This document shows positions 53,865 through 64,000 of a stretch of 64,000 nucleotides of DNA, piece by piece. The stretch is taken from assembly GCA_000934665.2 (NCBI GenBank), contig KZ538253.1, positions 1 to 64,000 on the forward strand, written 5' to 3'. The translations under genes were made by a program, and so were the position numbers. The notes under the pieces are model-generated. The model saw only the letters and a program-made list of their open reading frames with translations, was not told the origin of the DNA and searched no databases. Numbering within the stretch: the stretch's first letter is position 1; each line of letters starts with the position of its first letter. The stretch comes from Catajapyx aquilonaris. Taxonomy: Eukaryota.

Positions 53865-54730
53865 TTTAATAACTTATCTGACCTCAACATTGCGCATAAC
53901 AATCATTTGACCTTTCATTGGACAGTGACTGTCCAATGAAAGGAAATGGAAATTAATTGATAAGCACAAGTATCGCCACCTGGCGGAGTTATCTCCGTCA
54001 GGCGGCGGTACCTGTGCAGTAGGCCTACCCGTATAAGTTACAGCAATGTTTTAGGAATGGCGAAGTTGATTTTGATCATTGATGAAAATTCGTATAACTC
54101 TCTTTAAAGATGCCGTAATTTAAATGAGTGTCCAGCACTTCTTAAATTATTCAAATCAAATGGCGCTGACCTTGCCGACAGGTAATCAGAAATGGATATC
54201 AAATGATGGTTGATCATCTCTACATTGGACCATCTGCAGCAATATGATTAATGAGAGAGTTATGCCAATATTTATGGTAATATTCATGGCGTTTGCCAGT
54301 CTTTGTTTAGTCGACGGACCAAAGCAACAATATGCATAAAATATAACTGTGGCGAAATGTTTTTGTGGACTTCAAGGATTGTCTCCCGTTTGATGGACTC
54401 TCTGTAGCTGTCATTTCTGGGCGTGGTCAATAACGCCCTTTTGTCATATAGCCTTTCATTGTCCAAAAACGTTTGCGTGTGCAGCGTACCTTACCTTGAG
54501 AAAAATGTCATTTAACAGAGGCATATAAAAAGGAAAGCAGCTTGGAACATATGACAATGTACTTGTGCCAAATATTTACTTAGGACCTGTCACAATCATT
54601 CATTGTCAATGACACCCCGGGTACCACATCATCAATGAACATCCAGATGTCATCATATGTCCAGGTAATAATATCAAATATTTATATCATTTACAGCATA
54701 CTGTACCAGTTATTTGTAAAACTGAGACAT

Positions 54731-56591
54731 GGCTAATTCCACGCGTGACTTACACGACATGACACTCAGTTTATGCCTAACTTTTAAATTTTTAAACCAC
54801 AAACGTAGCATTTAAGGAAAGGGTGTTTAAACCTAAATATGCACTTTGTATCTAAGTGTTAATTAATGTCTTGATTTTAACAGTTGCACATTTCATTTGA
54901 GTTATATAAATATATAAAGGAATGTGTGACTTACACGACAAGAAAGCCACTGGTAACGGAGGCTTCAGATATGAATGTAAAATTCTTCACAGTTATGACT
55001 TAAATGTTAGTGTTATTGTAGGGAAGATATTTTCAAAGACCCAAATTAAAATATTATTATGTGAACTTGGTGTTATGTTATTAATTTTACATGAAATAAT
55101 TTTTTTCTTTTGTGACTTACACACGACACTCGAAACGTGACTTACACGACACTTTTGTCCTCATTGCTTTCTAATGAGATTTATGAGAAAATTTTTAGAT
55201 TTTTAGGACAGAAACAAAGTAATCTCTCTTATTACATGTTATTTTATTAAAACATTTAAATGATAGGCCTAGATGAGAATGTGCAGGGCAACAATTCTTA
55301 TAATAAACATTTGAACATGTATAATGTGTGTACCTGAGCTATAGCAGTGGATTCATTGTATGGCCATGTGAGATGGCCAGGTGTGATACCTGATGGTCAT
55401 CGCTGGCCACCCTGTCACGGGATATAATGCCGTGCAGGCGGAATGTGTATAGGTTGTTACTACAATGTATGTAGTCTATATGTGTGTATAAAATGGTCTA
55501 TAAATTGGTATAACTTGCCCAACAAAGCATGTAGTGAGCTCTGTCCATTACATTGGCAGTCAAGTCAGGTTAAAAATAAACAATATAAAGCGCAAGAATG
55601 GAAGCATTGGAAATAAAAGAATATTCTAGTTCATAATGTCCAAGTGTACTGAAATAATGAGATTTTCTTAGTCAGGATAATAAACAACTTCTTTTACAGT
55701 AGGAGTTCACATTTCATCAAGCGTAGCTATTCTTCATTCAATGTCCTTTGATTCAATGAATATAATATTAATATTTGGATAAACTCTATGGGCTACTTCT
55801 GCAAATTCTCCAGCTGTGTTTGGATCAAACTGTCTGGCATTGATGGCTTCTCAAACTCTACATTTTACCTTCAACGCTTCTCTCTCACTAAAAGTCACCA
55901 TTTTTGCCTTGCCAATGCACTTATCTAGGACAGCTCTTACTTCTGTTCTTGCTTTAACTATGACATTTGCTTTTTCTTCCATTCCACTACTGTAAGTGCC
56001 ATTTGAACAGGCGGGAAACAATAGTGACAGTGGCATCCAAGCCGAAGTGTGACTTACACGACAAGAATTAAATGACCATAACAATGTTCTGGCAAAAATT
56101 ACCTCAAAATTATTACTATTATTTGAAGAGTCCTACTGTGTAGTGAGAAGGTAATTAATATGAACTTTTAGATTTTGGTACTACAGCTAAAAATTTAAAA
56201 AGGGTCTAAAAACTGTGACTTACACGACACACAAAGATGGTATTTAAACTTGCTAAGTTTTATGCTGAATAAGTCATTGCAATGGAAAAATAAATATATA
56301 GGACATTCATCCAGTTCTTATGAGATAGAAATCACAGTTTACTGCATGAAAAACACTAGCTTACTTGTTGAATTATGAAGATTTTTATGGAGACTTAGAA
56401 CAAAGAAATTTGCACACCCGCCATATTGGAAATAAACAGTGTTGTTAACTTGAATGTATGCGAAAATTCTCTAATATCTGTTCAAAAATAAAAAAAATAC
56501 ACAATCTCAGCTTTCAGAAAATACCTTAATATCATATCAATTATTTATTTTAAAATCTGACCCTGATGTATACTTTTGCATGGAATTAGCC
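54731..56591. mobile_element. 1.86-kb non-autonomous DNA transposon, superfamily uncertain
   Basis: TIR GGCTAATTCCAYGC, apparent 4-bp TSD ACAT and six internal GTGACTTACACGAC motifs. It is absent at the paralogous site (~43065). Confidence 0.78.
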
Positions 56592-57187
56592 ACATACAAG
56601 TTTTATGTGATTTCATAAGCTTCTTATGTGTCTGTATAGGTCTGTAATATAGTCACTACTGCAATTTTGGTAATTTAATGGATTCGTAAGTGCTGAGGAA
56701 GAAATAAACTTAAAATTATTATCCGCGCCTATAACGTCGTGAGCAGCATCAGGTTTACAAAAATTGCATGTCAAACAAGTTTGATAATTTCTACACAGTA
56801 TTTGATTTGTCTAATAAAATACAAATTAACCAATGGCATGGAAGTTCAACCATTCATTTTTAAAATTTATCACCGTAATATACGTACCCCTCTGGTAATA
56901 AACCGTTTTGGTTGATTTACTGACATGTACTAAGGTCGATCACGACAATGCAATGCAACGAAATAGGGCAATAATATTCGCGAAAAATTCTTGTCGTCCT
57001 TCGTACTTTTAACCAATATCTGAGCATTACGTCACATGCGGAATTAATATTTCCAGATCCACTTCGATTTCTGGCAAATCACTTGGAGGAACTCCAGGCT
57101 ATGCAATCATGGATCGCGCACGTGCAGCTTAGGGCGGAGTCAATGTCATTCTTTCGCTATACTGAGTAGCCCAGTTCTTCAGTAGAA

Positions 57188-58783
57188 ATGTTCACGTCCA
57201 GAAAACCGATTCAGTCGTCCCAAACACTGATCCAGGATTTGAAATGGGTCTTTCGCGTGGCCACATTGATGGGACTGTTTCCTTTCAAGATTGTAAACGG
57301 ACAGTTTCAGTTCACGGTCAGATCTATCCAGTGCGTGTGGACAGTTGTGACATTAGGGATCATCCTGGCCCATTGGACTGTTCTGATAGCGAGGTTCTCC
57401 CTGCTGGTGACCAGCAACCATCCGAATGTGATTGTGGAAGCAGTGTCCATCCTTCCTTGGCTGGCATCGGACACTTTGTCGCTGTTCATGACCATAAAAT
57501 ATTTCTGGAACAGGACCGAAGTAGTGAGTTTCTTCAACGGGTTTTGGCCCGGAAACACTACCGAGAAGCCAAAATGTCACCGAAATTTTCTAAGGAACAT
57601 TCAAGGTGTGTACCTCAGCGTGTGCGTGCTGTCAGTCGCATCCATCAGTACCGGCTACTACTTCAATCCATCAGGGAAGACATACTGGACCAGCTTGTTT
57701 CCAAACAGACAAGACTTTTTCTACACAGGCCTGGCCTTCTACGCTTACAAGTGCACACAACTGACTGCCTCTTGGACCATGATGGAAATCACGGTGGCCA
57801 CCATCACCAGGAGACTCAGCGAAGACTTCAGGCAGCTGGACAACTGGCTGAAGAATAAGCTGGACATGTTGCCTGAGCTCAATAGAGTGGACAACGCCAA
57901 TGGACAAGTAAGAGACTGGCCAACACGCTTTTACACATCAATTTCTATAAGATGAATTTTTAATGAGCGCAACTGAGTGCGCAACACAGTTCGCGCAAAT
58001 TGTTTCCAACACTAGCCTACACTTGAGAGTTGAGGGGGTTACAATATGGCCGACTTTTGCGCTGTGTCTAAGGCTCTGGAACGAACCTTAGAGGCTACTT
58101 GAGAAGTAAACGTGGCAACGTTGTTGTTGGAACAATGTACTTGCGCGAGTGTGGGTGTGCGCTAGGTTGCTCTCGTGAAAAAAAAAACACCGATGGTTTA
58201 AATGTTCGCTTTTACAGCGTATGACCCTAATGGTTCACGATGCAAATTTGGTAATTAATAATTAAAATTCCAGACCGAAAAGCCCCATCACAGCCGAGTT
58301 TACTTGGTTCGGAAGCAAAGAAGCAATCTGGACGAGTTGATAGAAGAGTTGGTCCATCGCTATCAATCACTGGCTGAAATGTCCCAGTCCTTCAGCCAAC
58401 TTTTCGGTCCATTTGTCCTCCTCCAGCAGGCCATCTACCTTCTGATGGTTTGCTCTTCCTTCTACGTGGCGGCCAAAAATGCGACCTCTCCAACCGGACT
58501 ATTCTTCTTATTCGTCACTCTCAACTACTCCTTAAGGGGAGTCCTTCTGCTTCGGATTTATCACAACCTCTTTGGACATTCGCAGCTGGTTTGCGCCACT
58601 TTGGGAGCCAACATGACCAAGATGGACCACTTCAGTTTGGTCAGAGTCAACTTCTTTGTGCAAAATGTGCGATGGGAACCTGTTGGGGTTTCGGCCGCAG
58701 GGTTTTTCACCATTACACTTTCGACCCTTCTGACTTTTTGGGCAACTGTGGTCAACTACTTGGTGATTCTTTTCCAGAACTGA
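57188..58783 (+). CDS. Gustatory receptor GR-B2, 409 aa; exons 57188-57907, 58274-58783
   Basis: Close paralog of B1 with the same intron and an intact frame. Confidence 0.88.
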
Positions 58784-60961
58784 TGTGTGTTACGAAAATA
58801 AAGTGATTCAATGAATGTCAAAATGCAAACTTAATCAAGGAGTAAACCAAAAGAGAGTGCACAATGTTATACGTATTACTCATTGATTAATGGTACAAAA
58901 GCAGTATAGTGTAATGCCAGACTCGTATTTATACAAGTACATAATAAAAAACATTATTACTCAACACTATGCAATGCCGCTTAATCATACCTTTTCTCAG
59001 AAGTGCGAACCTTCATAAAATATTAGTATAAATCTCATTTTGTAAATGGGGTTAATTTTTCATGTCTCATACTATTATATAGGCTTAGGTCAATGTTTCC
59101 CTAGAATCCAGTTAACGTCACTGTTTTCCCAATGATTTACATCGGAATATTTACGCATTATTTGTTACCCGCACGCGAAGTGCCATGTTAGTATCATATT
59201 TCCCCAATATTTCTCGTAAACTAAAATGTTAATCTCTTAATTTGCAGAAATATGGCCAATAAATTATCTGCATTGAACATTTGGAACATGAAACATCCCC
59301 GATTATTTTCATTAAACTCAGCCTGGTTATTAATTGGAAAGTTAATGTACCAGACGTTGATTTTTTTTGGCAAACGATGTAGTTATGGATTGAAAGAAGC
59401 AATAAGGATGATGGCAAAAATTACTTAGCGTACTTGTATACTTTTTGTCTGGTTAAAAAAATCAATTGCAACATGGGACTTCTTGCAGGTGAATTCAATT
59501 ACTGAGTATTACACAAAAGCTGTGCAGCTGACCCTGACGGAGCCAGCACGAGTGACAGCTCAGGACACCACCCATCTTTGTATCAGGTAACAAAGCACAT
59601 CGTATGTTCTCAGGGCTTGTCACCAAGGTCGCTTATAACTGGCTTGTGTCGCAAAAAAATGATAAAACTTGCATAAACTATCGCCAAGACAAAATAATGT
59701 GACAAAACATAAACGCGTACGAAACTTTTTCGTGAGACTGTGCTAAATCAATCCGACCTTCACGCATACAACTCCATCATGATTGGTACGATACTGTATA
59801 CTACTGCCAATGTGTCACTTGCAATAAATAATCGTGCAAGGCGACGGAGAATTCAACCCTGAATATGAAGTCTACCAATAAAGCATGCCATCATTCACAT
59901 CAATACACAGCTCCGACGGGATATGTCCGTTTGGAACATACTGGCCATGTTATTATGCCATGCATTGCTAAAGAGTCTTGAATAATTCACTGAGATCTTT
60001 GCGCTCCATATCACTCCGAGGCTGTCACTCTCTATACTTTTGTCACATCCTCATTCAGGCTAAAAAAAACACACATAATATATTAATTATTGTCACCGGT
60101 AGGGTGCCAGGTGTTTATACAAAAATATTGATGTAGTCATATACCAATAAGTTGTCACGACGGTGTTCACGCAACTGTACTGTACCTAGCTGATGACGTG
60201 GTTACATTCGTAATCAGTGTCTATGGAGAACTTGAGTCAGGTCATGAAGCATCCTGATGGGCAAAGTTACTATCTCACTACCATGGACATGGTGAGTGAA
60301 ACATCTTAAATTAGAAGTGAGTTTGCATGTACTAGACTTACCTAAAAATGTCGAAAAGGTACGGTAAGACCAGCACCAACCGTTTTTTTTTTTTGGTGTG
60401 TGTTTCGGATCAGCATCAGGATATCCGCAAGCCAGGTTAGAGATATGCTTCCTTCTAGCCCGACAATAACTCCCAGACTCATAATTTTGAGCTACGGATA
60501 TGTGTGGACAAATGGAGAGTGATTTTTTTTCTCTATTTGACGAAACGCCTGTTTGTTTATTGTGCTTAGGGTTAAAAGCATGGCAGTGAGTTAAATACAG
60601 GTACTGTACTACAAAGGTTTCCATATCATAGAATATTATATCAAGTAATAACTCCGGTGAATCCAGGCAGATCCGTTACATAATAATCGTAATGCAGTGA
60701 TGCATAAGAAGAGTAAGAGTCATGACTGACTTCACCTGACATGTTGCAGCTATACACACAGGAAAATAATGATGTATTATCCTAATGCATGCTATTTTTA
60801 TTGTTTTATTATCGAGAGTGGTCAATGTTTATATCCCAAGAGGATCATACCAATAACATGAGAGTCTATTTCAGCATAATAATATGGGGAGCAATTATTT
60901 TGACACGAATAAAATATAACTTCTAATCACTTTGAGATCCTAATGTGGTCATTGAAGTTCT

Positions 60962-62815
60962 TCATTTAATTTTGCACGCATTGAACTCTGTTCTGCCCAC
61001 TTCATTCGTGTCATTCCACATCACTGTTAACAAAATTGGACTGAATCCGCTCACAATAACGTGGTCACTTAAGGCACACACGAAATTTGACCCAAACTCT
61101 ATGTGGTTCCCTAGAGTCAACTTTAATCTTATTCGAGCAACAATGCCAGTCAGAAAAATGTTCTCCAAGTGCAGAAACGAAGCCTGCAACGACTCCTTGT
61201 ACAGAACGGGCAAAAGTGCACCACTCATTGCGAAAGGCCCGTGCAAATATTCGTAGTAATTTTTACCCGGATAAATAAACTCCGGAACAAACCACTGAGA
61301 CTTCATATCATACCTCTCGATTGACTCGGACACCAAGGTACCGGCAAAATAATATTTATAATTTTCTGGTACATCCAGACGTCGACCCAAATCCGGAAAT
61401 TTGCGCAATCTGTCCTGGAAAACAACAACTATGTAATAATAATGTGGGCTAAAAGAATGGTTTCAATTTACCTTGTCGCTGTAATGGTGCAGAAGATTGA
61501 TCAGATTTGTTGGGTGTACAAAAGTGTCGTCGTCGTTTCTGACAAAGTGTTTCGCTTGTGGGCAATTCCTTTCTGACCACTTGAGCGAAAAGATGCTTTT
61601 CAAGGTCGAATTGAAGCAGTTGTCGCAAAAATCCTCCTGCACAATATCGCCATATTGAGTCGCCTCTTCCAAAATCTGCGACTGATTAAAACAGACCGGA
61701 TAAATTCAGGTGCACCACACTAGATATTCGAATATTATTTACGTTAATCTCCTCGTTGTATGTACGACCTAGTATGAAAAATATGCGAATGTCATCTCTC
61801 ATCATGAGAAGGTCCCGTCCCCATGTGGTCCTAATGGCGTGTCTGTGTCCAAAATGGAAAGGAGATGAATGAACTGCCATCAGCAACAACACAGGTTCAT
61901 TCCCGCATAAATCCTCCGGTTCGATCAAAGTGGTGACCTTGTTGGGTTGAACATAAGGCCACAGGTTTCTGAAAATAGTTGTTTACAAATAGCAAGTATC
62001 GAGAGTGGACAGAATCTAAAATAATGAGTGGTTTTAGGCAAATTAATTATTGTGCACAATATGTACTACATAAATCAGAGATTTTATTTGAATTTGGTAA
62101 AACCGTCCCTTACCGTGATTCAAGCAGCATGTAATCATATGAGATTGTGTTTTCATCAGAACGACGACATTTCAGTGTACTGTTACTCCAAAATATACTC
62201 TTTCTCATTGCGAGATACTTATAGTCTGTAAAATTAAGGCATAATAATTTAAGATGATGTTGCTCTGCGGAAATGTCAATTTTTAAAGGCAGGCTGATTT
62301 TATGTTCTATACTGTACTTTGAATATAGTTAACAGTATAAGTCTATCTTCTATAACAATAATATGTCATTATTTTTCTCAATTTAATGTTGGTACAGTAC
62401 CGTGATTTGGTTTGGAAACAAATGTGGCCCCAGGCGTGCCACTCTGTTCAATGGCGTCGCTATTGCAATTTAATATTTTATTCCCTAAAAAGTAAGAGCA
62501 TAAATGATATTAGAGACAATTCGATTGAAATTCAGTATCATTTTGTAATGCCAAAGCAGACAACAAAACGTCGATTGAACTTTTTATACAAAAAAATGCA
62601 TGACATATACTGAATGGCATGTAATAAAATTATGACTTGCATTTCCTATTTTAATATCTAAAAAACAATAGGTATAATGATTTCAACTATACTTATTGAT
62701 ACATACGTTTATAACGATTTGCGGTCATCCTCTTGTAAGAAGTTAATGTAATAATTACAACGATACAGACACATAAAGCAATACACTTTTTTCTTGTCCT
62801 TCGACATGAATTCAT
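60962..62815 (-). CDS. Beta-1,3-galactosyltransferase-family (GT31, Galactosyl_T) protein, about 369 aa; exons 62815-62707, 62225-62114, 61968-61743, 61681-61472, 61414-60962
   Basis: Type II anchor KKCIALCVCIVVIITLTSY. Motifs RHAIRTTWG, FFILG, EEATQYGDIVQEDFCD, TLKS and DDDTFV. The spliced frame is open. Confidence 0.85.
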
Positions 62816-63586
62816 GTCATTAAAACACACGCGCAATCTGAAAGTAAAATGCAGATAATTATGCAGTGATTAAACCGGAGTAAACCTGCACATGCACTTA
62901 TTGAAGCAAAAATGTGCAAGTGAAAAATGTGTAAACCGGAAAACAAATTACATACCCAATTGAGAAACTGAAAACTTCATTTACCGTACCTATACCCCGA
63001 CACTTCAAGACAACATCAGAAATCATATAAACACATCTGCATACTTACAATTATTGGAAGAACAATAATTCCAGTCATTTCAGGCCTGAAGCCTTACTTT
63101 TCTCCAAGGGATTGTTGTGTGTACTGGTTAAAATAAAGTCGAGACAGGATAGCAAAAGTGGAATATCTTATCTGGTTTCCATGACAGGTACTGTACACTT
63201 CCTTTTGAGTAAACCTGATAAGTAATTTTTTGTGGGCGGAGTTTGAACTAGTTTGACCTTGGCCACATATCAGACGATATCAAATACTGTGCTTTCATCC
63301 TGTATACTCAATGTAAGATCAGGTTTTATTTGGTAAAAATTCTCACTCTCACGTACAGTACTCGTGCATTAAAAAAATACATGCACAAGGCATGACAACG
63401 TATATAAATAACTGTGCGAACAGATAAATAATAATTCAGTTATAAGAACTGATATTTCCGGAGGTCATGAGCATTAGCTGGCAGTTGTTAATCTGAATAT
63501 TCTGGCGATGCTAATTAACGACACTGGTACACAATTACTCAAAAGTCACATGTGTTCTTTCAACTCTTATTATTACGAAGAGATTT

Positions 63587-64000
63587 TCACTTTTCGCATA
63601 TATTGAATTCAGTTCTAGTGATGCTGTCATTTGATCTGGCCCACATCTTGATTAGCATCTCAGGTGTGTAGTCACTTAGCACAATGTACTCACTGGCCTT
63701 GCAGTCGAAATCGTAGTAGAAGTCCTTGCGGTCATCCAGACTCAATTTCAACCCTATTCCAGCTACAAGTCCAGTGAAGAACACGTCTTCTATGTGCATG
63801 AAAGGAGTCTCCAGGGATTCCTTGTACAAAATTGGCAAAAGTGAACCGGTAATTAGCCATCCTGAGGATCCATGAAAGTACTTGGGCAGCATTTTCGCAT
63901 CGTACACGTATCTTGGCAGGTAAAATGGCGAATCTGGTTTTCGCAGAACTGAAGAATCCGGATAAAGGTCTCCAACAAGGATGTATTTCGAAGGAGGATT
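63587..64000 (-). CDS. Last exon of a second GT31 paralog (5' part outside the window)
   Basis: LLPILYKESL..FMHIEDVFFTGLVA..RTEFNICEK is clearly homologous to the last exon of the neighbouring gene. Confidence 0.82.
   Translation of the reverse strand, partial: NPPSKYILVGDLYPDSSVLRKPDSPFYLPRYVYDAKMLPKYFHGSSGWLITGSLLPILYKESLETPFMHIEDVFFTGLVAGIGLKLSLDDRKDFYYDFDCKASEYIVLSDYTPEMLIKMWARSNDSITRTEFNICEK

Noticed and set aside
54745..56230. GTGACTTACACGAC repeats as a CRISPR-like array
   Set aside because: The repeat is too short, irregularly spaced and lies inside a TIR element in a eukaryotic genome.
59480..60700. Possible small gene between GR-B2 and the GT31 gene (136-aa ORF, some splice-like sites)
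   Set aside because: I could not build a consistent spliced frame or recognise a motif. RNA-seq would be needed.

Overview
This is eukaryotic, AT-rich DNA with GT-AG introns, and the gene content points to an arthropod. It has one N gap at 4176-4334. The left part holds the 3' end of a His/Gly-rich protein, B4GAT1 (minus strand, 4 exons), an unidentified 5-exon gene (minus) and RRP8 (plus, 3 exons). From about 14.4 to 59.2 kb there is a tandem array of nine gustatory-receptor (7tm_7-type) genes. Seven are 3-exon 'GR-A' paralogs and two are 2-exon 'GR-B' paralogs, in the order A1 A2 A3 A4 A5 B1 A6 A7 B2. The spacers carry tRNA-derived SINEs and several MITEs, whose shared presence or absence records a mosaic duplication and recombination history. 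Two beta-1,3-galactosyltransferase-family (GT31) genes close the window on the minus strand. I found no prokaryotic-type system. The best candidate for something undescribed is the intron-poor chemoreceptor array itself. Exon boundaries were read by eye and checked for reading frame; family names come from motif recognition, not database searches.
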